Of a stretch of 64,000 bases of DNA, positions 37,722-47,932 are shown in pieces. Position numbers and translations under genes: made by a program. Numbering within the stretch: the first letter of the stretch is position 1; every line of letters begins with the position of its first letter. The notes beneath the pieces were generated by a model, which was not told the origin of the DNA, ran no database searches, and saw only the letters and a list, made by a program, of their open reading frames with translations. Source of the stretch: Candidatus Bathyarchaeia archaeon (GTDB lineage: Archaea; Thermoproteota; Bathyarchaeia; Bathyarchaeales; Bathycorpusculaceae); assembly GCA_050015395.1 (NCBI GenBank), contig JBEKBM010000011.1, positions 22,940 to 86,939 of the forward strand. Reading direction: 5' to 3'.

Positions 37722-39227
37722 TCAGGTTTTGCCTATCTTTCGGTTTCTAAGCGTAAGCACAACTGCAACGGAGACCGCTATGATGACCAGCGACAAGATT
37801 AATAACGATGGAAACTCTGGAACTGAAGACTTTGCGGTGAACACAATTGATACTTCATGGGTGCTGAAGCTGGTTGTGTACCATACGTAGTAGTTGTTGC
37901 TGTCTTGTGTGTAGCCTTGGTTTTGGGCATGTTGGTCGTCGATGTAGATTGTTGGTGTGGTTCCGTAGGTTACTGCGTTTTTTGGGATGGTTATGTTGCC
38001 AAAGCCTGTGGTGCCGCTTTCGCCTGTTACGGTGAAAGACACCGTTGTTGATGCGGCGGACTGGTTTGTTGTGATTGTGATGTTGGACATCTGGGTGCTG
38101 GTTATGTTTCCGCTGATTGCTAGGTCAACTGTTGCGCCACTACCTGTCGTTGCGGCGACGGTTGTCCCTGATGGTGTTGTTGTTGGCGTCGGCGTCGGTG
38201 TTGTCGTAGGTTCTTGGGAAACTAACGGGAAATACTCTTCATTCACCGCCGTAGTGCTGTTAACGTCAGGAGCGTAGGGAGGCTTGGAAAAGATTATACC
38301 GCCTATGGCATAAATTGCCCCATTCACAGCTACAACCCCCAAACCAGAGCGGGCAGTCAGCATCGGAGCACCAATCGTCCAGTTGCCTGTTTGGGGATCA
38401 TAAATTTGGGTCTGGCCAAAACTCCCAACCAGTCCGGGTGCTCCCCCGATGACGTATATTTCTCCTGAAATTGTAGCTGCGCCTGCTTCATACACGACAG
38501 ATGGCGGCAAATTGACAAGCTCATTGGGAAAGTTCCAAGTGTTATTTTCAACATCATAGCATTCGGCAGCCTCTCCGTAAACTGGTATCAAATAGCTAAA
38601 TAGGCCGTAAAATATGTATATTTTGTTGTTAGATACTGCTGAAGCATACTCGCTTGTTCCCCATAGCGGGTCAGGCGCCATTGTGGTCCAAGAATTGCTT
38701 GCAGGATCATACACTTCATTAGCTGTTGAGTAAGTGCCATCATACGGTCCATTATTATTTGAGAGTGCTCCGTCGATAAGGTAGATTTTGCCGTCTACAA
38801 CGTTAGCTTGCAGGTAGGCTCTTGCTGTAGGCATGGGCGCTCCAGTTTGCCAAGTGTTTGTTGCGGGGTTGTAAATTTGAGTTGTTGCAGTGCAATCAAT
38901 TGGATTACCATTTGTGTCAAAGCCGCTGCATCCTCCGAAGACGTAGATCATGTTTTGGTAAGTTGCCATGGCAAAACCGTATTCCGCTGATGGGATGGGT
39001 GCCTTGCCGGTCCATGTGTCGGCTGATGGGTTGTAAAGGTAGGTTGAGTTAGGTGTAACCGCGTATATTTCCCCGTTTACTGCAACTGCCTGAACGTAGC
39101 CAGACGCAGCGGGCATGGGTGCTCTTTCAACCCAGAAGTTGCCTGAAGCCTTCGCAGGCTCAACCGCAACAACTAAAGAGCTTAAAAGAGCGAGCGTAAC
39201 AAGAAGAAAAGCACCAAACTTATTCAT
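37722..39227 (-). CDS. Secreted Kelch-repeat protein with PT linker and PEF-CTERM-like anchor
   Basis: Kelch repeats (IYVFGG, APMPTAR); VPEFP + TM + basic tail. Confidence 0.9.
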   Translation of the reverse strand: MNKFGAFLLVTLALLSSLVVAVEPAKASGNFWVERAPMPAASGYVQAVAVNGEIYAVTPNSTYLYNPSADTWTGKAPIPSAEYGFAMATYQNMIYVFGGCSGFDTNGNPIDCTATTQIYNPATNTWQTGAPMPTARAYLQANVVDGKIYLIDGALSNNNGPYDGTYSTANEVYDPASNSWTTMAPDPLWGTSEYASAVSNNKIYIFYGLFSYLIPVYGEAAECYDVENNTWNFPNELVNLPPSVVYEAGAATISGEIYVIGGAPGLVGSFGQTQIYDPQTGNWTIGAPMLTARSGLGVVAVNGAIYAIGGIIFSKPPYAPDVNSTTAVNEEYFPLVSQEPTTTPTPTPTTTPSGTTVAATTGSGATVDLAISGNITSTQMSNITITTNQSAASTTVSFTVTGESGTTGFGNITIPKNAVTYGTTPTIYIDDQHAQNQGYTQDSNNYYVWYTTSFSTHEVSIVFTAKSSVPEFPSLLILSLVIIAVSVAVVLTLRNRKIGKT

Positions 39228-39431
39228 TCATGCCACTTCTTCGCTAATAGTCTAATGCAAAAGTCACTATTAAACAATAATGTATTAGCTTGCTTAAAAG
39301 AATAAGACAGCGATTTTGTTATAGACGTTAAAGTAAACTGCCTGTTTACAGTATATTTGCGGCTCAATTTTTTGGCTCCACAGCACTTTTTCACGTTTAA
39401 TGTTAAAAAAAGAAAGGGGGTTAGAGGTAGC

Positions 39432-40601
39432 TTACCTCTTTCGTTTATAGATTAGGTAGCTTGCAATCATAGTTGCTGCTATCAGTGTTGCAACCGCCAT
39501 AGCTTCATAGTCGGATGAGTAATTGGGTGATGCAGCCTTAGAGGAAGATGTTTGTACAACGGTTGTGTCTTGTCCGCTTGGTTGACTCGGTGGTGCAGCG
39601 CCGCTGCCGACAGCCGCAATGATTGATATTTGTCCTGTGTCAGCCCACTCTAAAACATGTATAGCAGTTACTCCGTCAGGGTAAGTGCTGTTCAATGGCA
39701 GATACATGTTCCATTGCGGATACAATATGCCGTTTCCCCTGTCCTCCATGCTCAACGAAGCGATCGCTGGCTCATCGCAAAAAGTAAAGTTTGACACTGT
39801 CTGATTGTCTCCAGTAAGGTAAGAGTATGATTGGGTGGCATATTGCTTAGCGATCTGTATCGCTTCATTTTGGGGCACATTCACGTTCGCGTTGCCAACA
39901 GTGAAGAAGTTCCAGTTATCTTGGAAAAACGTTAACCCGCCATTCTGGAATGTCATAGACACCACTTTATAGTTATCTGTGATGCTGTTAACGGTGTATG
40001 TCCACTGCATTGATTCTGTGTTTCCAGAGGTGGATATTTGCTGGACAATATTAGCTGCCGCGTCTGTGGTATTTTGCAGTCGGCTAGCCGAGTTTAGCAT
40101 GCTCGTAAAGGTCGGTATGTATGATGCTTGGCTAAAGTTTCGGTAGTTTTCAAGGAGGTTGTGGGCGGCGCTTAGAGGATCAGTTTGGCTTTGAGTGTAA
40201 AGCGGTGAACCCGAGATGGGGTAGAGTTTGCACCAGACCAAGATATCGTTTCTGAAGATTAAAATAACGTCTAAGTTGCTTCCCGTAGCTGTAAAGCTGT
40301 ATTTTAATGCTTCCTCGTTAGGCACGCCTGAAGTAGCAGATATGTTGATGGCTTCCACCTGTACAGTGTACTTTGCCAAGTCAAGCTCAGCTACGTTGCT
40401 CATGAACGAGACAGCGTTTCGCGACATAGCCGAATCAGGCAAAGTTGCACTAGGACCTGGCAAGGTTCCAGTCACGTTACCTGAAGCAGAAGCAGATTGA
40501 GTAATTTCTTGTGAATGCACGTTAGGCAATGACATAAGTGAAAGCGTTAAGACTGCCAATAGAGTCAATGCTAAGCCAAATTTATTTAAAGAAGGATTCA
40601 T
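39432..40601 (-). CDS. Secreted, membrane-anchored hypothetical protein
   Basis: Signal peptide, WADTGQI, C-terminal TM followed by YKRKR. Confidence 0.75.
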   Translation of the reverse strand: MNPSLNKFGLALTLLAVLTLSLMSLPNVHSQEITQSASASGNVTGTLPGPSATLPDSAMSRNAVSFMSNVAELDLAKYTVQVEAINISATSGVPNEEALKYSFTATGSNLDVILIFRNDILVWCKLYPISGSPLYTQSQTDPLSAAHNLLENYRNFSQASYIPTFTSMLNSASRLQNTTDAAANIVQQISTSGNTESMQWTYTVNSITDNYKVVSMTFQNGGLTFFQDNWNFFTVGNANVNVPQNEAIQIAKQYATQSYSYLTGDNQTVSNFTFCDEPAIASLSMEDRGNGILYPQWNMYLPLNSTYPDGVTAIHVLEWADTGQISIIAAVGSGAAPPSQPSGQDTTVVQTSSSKAASPNYSSDYEAMAVATLIAATMIASYLIYKRKR

Positions 40602-40606
40602 CGCAA

Positions 40607-41773
40607 TCACTCCTCCAATACATAGTAGATTGTCGGTAGCATCAAGTTGCCGTCGCCCCAAGGCATCATATAGACAGGGAAGGGAACGTTTGTCATAACG
40701 TTTTGGGCACCGACCGTACCGTTCGGATAGCTATATTTGGGACCCCCATCAATCCACTGGCCACCAACCCAATAACCTTGCGAGACAGTTATGTTACCTA
40801 ATGTTAAAGTATTCCAATATGTCACTTCGCCGCCAATGTCATGGGGGTTGTTACTGCTAGTGCCAACCCAAAATGGTGAGGTTGAGAAGGTGCCTTGGCC
40901 GCCGTTGGTTACATATGATGTCATGTCAAGCGCTTCATTTATCGTAGTGTCTGGATACAGAGCATAGTAGTAGAGGCCTTCAAGCCAACCCTGGCAAGTA
41001 TACCCGCCTTTTAGAGGATCAGTGAGCCAGGGCGACGAGTCACCCTCCCAAGGGGTGTTTATGAAGTTTTGACCGAATCCTATGAAGCAGTATCCTGAGG
41101 AGTCAGGTGTCCATTGGCCATTAGTAATACTGATGTCAAGCGTTTTAATTTTATCATCAGACCAGGCGTATGGCATATAACCGCTATTAGTATCGTTGAT
41201 TCCGCTATAGCACGACCAGAGGAAAACAAACTTTTCGTATTGCGAGCCAATGCCAGAAATATCAGTTGAACTAGTAATATAAGCCTGGGTCGGGGGATCA
41301 CTATAATTGAACAATTGGTTTGGTGGGTGGGTGTCATATCCAAAAATACTGGTAACACCCTGATAATAACTGCCGTGTCCTATGTAGAGTGTTGTTGCGA
41401 ATGGAAAATAATCATCCCCGCTTTTGACAAGGTTAATGTCATCGTGTAAGTTTGTGTTTATCAATGCTGTCGAGGTGCTATCTCCATAGTTTTCTACTAT
41501 GCCATAGGTATGGATAGCGCCTACAGGCATGCCATAGCCGTTTATAATAACTATATATTGTTGCTGGAAGAGATTGTCAATAAAGCTGGTTGCGTTGCCG
41601 ATAGCCTGCTGTTCAGCGTAGGAATTGAGCCAATTAGTCGAGTAAAAATAGGCCGCTGGTAGATAGTTGTTGTCATAGTCTGCTTTTACCGTCGGAATAC
41701 TTAGAGAGAGCAGAGAAAACGCGAAAGCTGAAATTAAAAATATAGCGATTGCCGCTTTTATGCTTTTACGCAT
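40607..41773 (-). CDS. Secreted hypothetical protein
   Basis: Signal peptide; YIGHG, FVFLWSC, CFIGF, PWGDGN. Confidence 0.75.
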   Translation of the reverse strand: MRKSIKAAIAIFLISAFAFSLLSLSIPTVKADYDNNYLPAAYFYSTNWLNSYAEQQAIGNATSFIDNLFQQQYIVIINGYGMPVGAIHTYGIVENYGDSTSTALINTNLHDDINLVKSGDDYFPFATTLYIGHGSYYQGVTSIFGYDTHPPNQLFNYSDPPTQAYITSSTDISGIGSQYEKFVFLWSCYSGINDTNSGYMPYAWSDDKIKTLDISITNGQWTPDSSGYCFIGFGQNFINTPWEGDSSPWLTDPLKGGYTCQGWLEGLYYYALYPDTTINEALDMTSYVTNGGQGTFSTSPFWVGTSSNNPHDIGGEVTYWNTLTLGNITVSQGYWVGGQWIDGGPKYSYPNGTVGAQNVMTNVPFPVYMMPWGDGNLMLPTIYYVLEE

Positions 41774-42039
41774 TTTTTTGCCTTCTTTCTTTTTTTGCAA
41801 AAGAATCTTTATTTTTCTTTTGCTAATCTTCTTGTTTGCTGTCTTGCGTTAAATGATTTGTCGTCAAGTTAACGGCAAGTTGTGTGCTTAGGTTGCGTTT
41901 TTTTGCTTGCGTTTTGCAAGTTAATCAATTAAAAGCTGTTTTTGCAAAAAATTCCAAGTTTCCATCGAGGCTCATTATTAATTATCACAGATTTCCTTGA
42001 AAGTTTTTTGCTAAGAGCGAAATAGGGTTCAGCGATCGG

Positions 42040-42560
42040 ACTTTAAAGCTACTATGTCTACTATTGGGCTACCTGCAGTTGAAGCTTTATGCATTGAGTT
42101 TGGGGCAATCTTACGCCAAATTGGGGAAACATGACTAGGTGCTGCATTGCTTCGATAAAGCCTTGGAAGCAAACCCAAACTACGCGAAAGCAGTGGTTCA
42201 ACAAAGGCATATGCTTATATGAACTAAAACGGAACTGTGATGCTGCAACAAGTTTTCTCACGGCAGTGGTTCTATTCCTTTTTGCGGGTAACAAATCGTA
42301 CTTTGATCAATCAGTTGAGGCGGCATTCAACCTTGGAGAGGGAGAAACAAAGGCTCACGCAATAGTCATTGACTCCACCATCCGTTACCTACACCGCGTA
42401 ATTACGAAAAAAGAGTGCATTACCAAGAATAAGCGGCATCCATGAGCAGGACAGCATTGCTCAATTTATGCTTGCGGCTTTGAACGATGAAGACAAACCC
42501 ATCGACAAAAGGGCATCATAACGGAAGCACTCGAAATCCTAAGAGCCGCCATCATCAATA
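42040..42560 (+). pseudogene. TPR-repeat gene remnant
   Basis: LGKHD*VLHCFDKALEANPNYAKA then frameshift to WFNKGICLYEL. Confidence 0.6.
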
Positions 42561-43006
42561 AAACAAAAACCACAACTTGAGGCTTCTTCCTGTTTGCCCC
42601 AAGTTTTTCTCTATAACCCCCCAGCCATGAAACATTAAAGTTGCTAAAACAAACCGTTGGTGGAACTGTGACAGCCAAGTTTTCTTGGCAAATGGCAAAG
42701 ACAGAAAACGCAAATACCCTGCAATTAATGGGAACAAAAAAGTATCCAAGCCAAACAAAGGCTTCGTTTCCTGCTCGACTACGTGAAACAAGTCGTAGCA
42801 GTAATGGCTCGCGCCAATTGGGGTCAAGCCCCCTCGAAATGATTCCTGAACCCGATTGCTATTACTTTTGGGTTGGTTTAGCTTCCAATTTCCAAGGCCA
42901 AATAAATGCGGTCTGACCTGTTCAGGTTCAAATCCCGCCCGGTCCACTCCCAATAGGGTTCAAGTCTCAATAAGCGTTAAATATCTGAAGCACATTACCG
43001 CTAATT

Positions 43007-44307
43007 ATGTCTCCGCGGTTGAATGCCAAATATGATTTTTGCTTGAAGACCCTGATGTTAAGCGATGGTATGACAACATTTCAAGAGGTTCACGCGTAAC
43101 AGCGGACGTTTACCTCAGGCGTCTTGGCTCGTTCTGCCGTAGTTTCGATACTACTCCAAAGAACCTCGCTGCTCATTCAGAGTCAGAACTGTACAACATA
43201 TTGCTCGATCGAGTGTCCCAAATGGAAAAAAACGACAAGCTAGGAAGTTATATTGAATCCGAGCTTAAGTCTGTCAAATCTTGGCTCAGCCACAGCGGGA
43301 AAGATGTAAGAAAAAAGATCAGGATCAATGACGCTCGAGACGCTCCTTCCCTCAAAGATGAGCGGGTCCCTACAAAAGAAGAGCTTAGACGAGTGTTTCT
43401 TTCAACCGACAAGAAAACAAGGGTGGCCTGTGTGCTTGTTGCGCACTCCGGCGTGCGTATACAAACAGTCGGCAATTACCAGGGAGATGATGGGTTACGG
43501 CTTGGAGATTTTCCAGAATTGGAAATCGAGTCTGGTTCTGTATGCTTTAAGCAAAAACCTGCATTGGTGATTGTGCGCAAGCCTCTTAGTAAGGCGCGTC
43601 ATCAGTACTTTACCTTTTTGAGCGAGGAGGGCTGCGAGTACATTCAAGATTACTTGGATGAAAGGATTGCTGAAGGCGAAGAACTCACGTTGAAGTCGCC
43701 TTTGGTTACTCCAAAGCTGAAAATGAAATCTTTCATAAGATCTAACAACGTGGGCGACAACATCAGAAGCGCTCTGAGGTCTGCCGGTCTTGAATGGCGA
43801 CCGTATGTTTTGAGGCCCTATTTTGACACGCAACTGATGCTTGCCGAATCAAAAGGTTTAGTGCTTAGAGATTACAGGGCTTTTTGGATGGGCCCCAAGG
43901 GCGACATTGAGAATAGATACACAATCAACAAAGGGAGACTCCCCGAATCGGTTCTTGATGATATGCGGACGTCCTACGAGAGAAGCCAAGAATTTCTCCA
44001 GACCAAAGGGAGCAACGAAAAAACAAGCGAGGAAAAGCTTAGAGAAAGTTTTCGAAAACAGCTACTGTTGGTTGCCGGTTTCGGTCATGAAGAAGTGGAT
44101 AAGGTGGATGTGGCTTCGATAAGCGACGAAGAACTGCAGAATATCGTAAGAAAAAGACTCCTAGGCGGACAAGTGACGAACGGAGCTTCCCGGAAAGTAA
44201 TCAGCGTTGCTGAAGCCAACGATTACTTAGCAAAAGGCTGGGAATACGTCGCAAAGATCTCAGACACCCAAGTAATAATCAAAATGAACCACGACACAAA
44301 CGTGTAG
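43007..44307 (+). pseudogene. Archaeal tyrosine integrase, probably degenerate
   Basis: DVKRWYDN, HSGVR, LSKARHQY, YVLRPYF, WMGP (His expected), RY; ATG at 43007 is out of frame across a T run; lies next to the att copy. Confidence 0.8.
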
Positions 44308-44654
44308 TCATGCTATAGAATCTTTCCCTACCCGTTGCAAGATAATCATAATATGGTTTATCGGTTAATCTTACCCCTTTCGCTTCGCGAAAGAGGATTA
44401 CTAATCACGTTGCGCCTTCTCAATTGTTTTGTCCATTCAAAATACGCCTGGTAACTTTTACGCATCTCAGTTCCCGCCTGATCCAGCATCTCAACGACAA
44501 ATTTGGTTCTGCCACTCCTCAACAAAGCACACAGAGATTTCTATGTCACATTCCTCTTTCGGGTAAATGTTTGAACCCAAATATTAAGAGGCAAAATAAA
44601 AGGAAAGAGAACCCAGAAGTTTATATTAAGAGAACAAATAGCGCGAAAGGTAAA

Positions 44655-44834
44655 ATGGAGATTTCAAGATTGAAGGCCTTTGTTGAAGAAGCCTTTCCCC
44701 AGGGGGCGCCTCTGAAAGAAATTCTGAGGAAGGAAAACGCCGAGCTAAGTTTAGATTTGTTTTTGGCTAGGGTCCCGATCTGGCTTCAGCTCAGTAAGCT
44801 CAAAAATCCGGAGGGAAAATTCGATGAATACTAA
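44655..44834 (+). CDS. Small element-associated hypothetical protein
   Basis: MEISRLKAFVEEAFPQGAPLKEIL...; TTTATATT box upstream. Confidence 0.5.
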   Translation: MEISRLKAFVEEAFPQGAPLKEILRKENAELSLDLFLARVPIWLQLSKLKNPEGKFDEY

Positions 44835-45136
44835 AATTCATCAAATCCAGCAGCCCTTTGCCTTCAGTTTAAGGAAGCGAGCTCGAAAGGTTCCAAGTGA
44901 ATCGAAACTTGCTAGCCGGAGGAATTAAATTTCCATCTTCATCTGGCTCAAGCGATGAGTGGTCCCGGCTGAGCCCACTTTTATTATTATCTATCTTATA
45001 GGCTCGAAATCCAAGTTGATTGGTTTTCAAGTAATATTATAGAAACTGTCATGCAGTGGGCATATGGTCTACGTGGATCACAATGTTTAGTTATCGCAAG
45101 AATGCTTATTAATGAGTGAGTACTTACTCATTATAA

Positions 45137-45721
45137 GTGATTTCGACGATGCGACCGAGAAGTGATGAAAAACGGAAGGCGATCCTTGATGCTGCATTAG
45201 CGGTTTTCGCCGAAAGGGGGTTTTGGTCAACACCGACATCGGAAATCTCGAAGGTGGCTGGGGTGGCCGAAGGCACATTATTCACCTATTTTAAGACCAA
45301 GGGCATCCTTATGAACGAACTTTACTGGGAGCTGAAGAAGGATTTCTCCAAAGTGGTGCTAACTGGATTCCCAACAGATGGAGATGTTCGCCGCAGGTTA
45401 CAGCACATCTGGAATAGCTATGTGAGATGGGGCGTGTCCAACCCGGATAAAATCAAGGTCTTGGCCCAGTTGCGTCACTCGGAAAAGATTACCGACGAGA
45501 GCATGATGATTGGTAATGAGCCGTTCGTCGAGGTTGAGAAGCTGAGGCAGGAGTGCTTCGAGAAACGGTTGATGCGGGAGTATCCCAGCTCGTTTATTGA
45601 GGCTATAATGGTCAGTCTGGCAGAGACCACGATAGGGTTCATTTTAAAGGACAGAGATTCGAAGGAAGACTATTGTGAAGAAGGTTTCGAGGCGTTCTGG
45701 AGCAGCGTCATGAGAGCCTAA
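45137..45721 (+). CDS. TetR/AcrR-family regulator
   Basis: ILDAALAVFAERGF...AGVAEGTLFTYFKTK. Confidence 0.93.
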   Translation: MISTMRPRSDEKRKAILDAALAVFAERGFWSTPTSEISKVAGVAEGTLFTYFKTKGILMNELYWELKKDFSKVVLTGFPTDGDVRRRLQHIWNSYVRWGVSNPDKIKVLAQLRHSEKITDESMMIGNEPFVEVEKLRQECFEKRLMREYPSSFIEAIMVSLAETTIGFILKDRDSKEDYCEEGFEAFWSSVMRA

Positions 45722-45740
45722 TTTTTTCAGGAGTGAATGA

Positions 45741-46037
45741 TTGATTAATCAGACAAATATGGAGAAGAGAGACATGCCAAAAAATGAGAACAAAATACAG
45801 AGATCTAATAAAACGGTAAACAAAGCAGCGCTAGTAACTAGTGAGTCATCAAGTATAGGTGCTGCGACCGCCCTACGATTAGTTGCAGCTGGGTTCACCA
45901 CCTATGTTGCTGCGCGCAGAATCGAGAAGATGGAGGGCTTGAAGGGCAGAGGGGTCAAGGTCATCGGTCTGGATGTTACCAATGAGGCATCAATAAATGC
46001 CTGTATAAAGAAAGGAGGTTATCATCATGAAAGATAA
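45741..46037 (+). pseudogene. Truncated SDR oxidoreductase
   Basis: ALVTSESSSIGAATA (decayed TGxxxGIG), LDVT; ends after the Rossmann N-terminus. Confidence 0.75.
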
Positions 46038-46854
46038 AGTCATCATCATAACCGGCGCCAGTGATGGCATCGGGGCAGCAGCCGCACGGCTACTGAAAGC
46101 TCAAGGCGCTCACGTTGTTATTGTTGGTCGATCATCTCAAAAGACCGAAAAGGTAGCGAGCGAGCTTAACGTCCCCTTCTATCTTGCTGACTTTACAAGG
46201 TTAGATGATGTACGAACGATAGCCGCCCAGCTTAAAAAGGACTTTCCACGGATTGATGTGCTGGCTAATAATGCAGGCGGAGTTATGGGGGGCGAACGAA
46301 TGCTAACTGTTGACGGGCACGAAATGACCATCCAAGTTAATTATCTTGCACCATTCCTTCTGACAAATCTGCTGCTTGATACGCTCATCGCTTCAAAAGC
46401 CAGCGTCATCGCTACGGGAAGCCTCGCTCACACAGGGGCAGGCAAGCTTGACTTGGACGACATCGATATCGAGCATGGCTATAAAAGACAGAGTGCCTAC
46501 GGCAAAGCTAAGCTTATGGATATTCTGTTCACGAAAGAATTGCATAATCGATACCATGCACAAGGTATAGCGGCCGTAGTATTCACTCCAGGTACAGTGA
46601 GAACCAGTTTTTCTTCTGAATTTGGTGGTGGCTGGAGCTTTGTATATACAACATTCATCAAGCATTTTCTTCTTTCCCCAGCTCAAGGTGCTGATACCAT
46701 GGTGTGGCTGGCTACATCTGAGCCGGGTAAAGATTGGCAACCCGGTGAATACTACCAGAAAAGAAAGGTCAAGAAACCTAGCAAGCAAGCCCAAGATGCA
46801 AAGCTCGCACACGATCTCTGGGAACTGTCAGCTAAGCTGACTGAACTTAAGTAA
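46027..46854 (+). CDS. Short-chain dehydrogenase/reductase
   Basis: TGASDGIG, NNAG, YGKAK. Confidence 0.93.
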   Translation: MKDKVIIITGASDGIGAAAARLLKAQGAHVVIVGRSSQKTEKVASELNVPFYLADFTRLDDVRTIAAQLKKDFPRIDVLANNAGGVMGGERMLTVDGHEMTIQVNYLAPFLLTNLLLDTLIASKASVIATGSLAHTGAGKLDLDDIDIEHGYKRQSAYGKAKLMDILFTKELHNRYHAQGIAAVVFTPGTVRTSFSSEFGGGWSFVYTTFIKHFLLSPAQGADTMVWLATSEPGKDWQPGEYYQKRKVKKPSKQAQDAKLAHDLWELSAKLTELK

Positions 46855-46869
46855 TTTTTGAGGTCTTTT

Positions 46870-47709
46870 ATGTCGTTTTCAGAGGTAGCGATCGTGAAAG
46901 GGGAACAAGGCCATGAGCCCGTTTTTAAGGCCTTAGACCTGATTGACTATAAAACTGCTCTTCAGGGGAAGGACAAGGTACTGATCAAAGTAAACTTCAT
47001 CACAACCAAAACATGGGACACGGGCGCCACAACAGACCCCATCGTGGTGGAAGCCATACTGCAAAAACTCGCACAATTGCCGGTTAAGCCATACGTTGTA
47101 GAATCTGACGCTACCATGACTAACGCTGACGAAGCCTTTCAAGCCACAGGCATGAAGGAAATGTGCGAGCGTAACGGAGTTGAATGCCTCAACCTCCGGC
47201 ACGTTGAAGACAAAGTCACATTGCAAATCGCAAACGGCGAAACCTTAGACAGTATCACGGTTCCACGCATAGTAACAGAATCGGCTATAATCAGCGCTGC
47301 CAAACTCAAGACACACATGATGACGAGTGTGACGCTTGGCATGAAAAACCTTTTCGGGCTGCTTCCCGACAAGATGAAAGCCAAATACCACCTCAAAGGC
47401 ATAAGCAAAGTAGTCGTCGACATAACGAGTGTCATCAGACCTGCGTTAACTGTTATAGACGGTTTCGTAGCGATGGAAGGCAGAGGGCCAAGTAACGGCA
47501 CACCCGTTCAGATGAACCTCATTATCGCGGGAAAAGACGTAGTCGCTACAGACGCTACAGGCTGCCGCGTTATGGGAATCGACCCTCACAAAATAAAACA
47601 TATAATGAGAGCAAACGAAAAGGGCATAGGCAACATCGACAACATCAACATCATAGGCGAAAAATTAGAAAGCGTCACCCGCCAATTCAAAACCGCCAAA
47701 ATCCTATAA
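46870..47709 (+). CDS. DUF362 domain protein
   Basis: VLIKVN, TTDP, KLKTH, TLGMKNLFG, MEGRGP. Confidence 0.88.
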   Translation: MSFSEVAIVKGEQGHEPVFKALDLIDYKTALQGKDKVLIKVNFITTKTWDTGATTDPIVVEAILQKLAQLPVKPYVVESDATMTNADEAFQATGMKEMCERNGVECLNLRHVEDKVTLQIANGETLDSITVPRIVTESAIISAAKLKTHMMTSVTLGMKNLFGLLPDKMKAKYHLKGISKVVVDITSVIRPALTVIDGFVAMEGRGPSNGTPVQMNLIIAGKDVVATDATGCRVMGIDPHKIKHIMRANEKGIGNIDNINIIGEKLESVTRQFKTAKIL

Positions 47710-47932
47710 GTTGCCAACCACTAACCAAACCGAAGACTCCAATCTTACACCTATCAACTTTCGCGCAGTCAATGTGGTTATTCTTGAAAAAGAGGTTGAA
47801 GTTAGCAAAATCTCAGTTGAACGGTAAAAGACTCTCATGCTCGAAAAAATCTATATAAAGAATAAAAATCAGCTTTTTAATTTAGGGACAAGCAAGCGCG
47901 CTTAATAGAAACCTTATCAAGAGTGATAGTAC

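Larger units (their letters stand above)
37578..42948. mobile_element. tRNA-Ala-integrated island bounded by 24-bp att direct repeats
   Basis: ggttcaaatcccgcccggtccact at 37578-37601 and 42925-42948. Confidence 0.85.
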
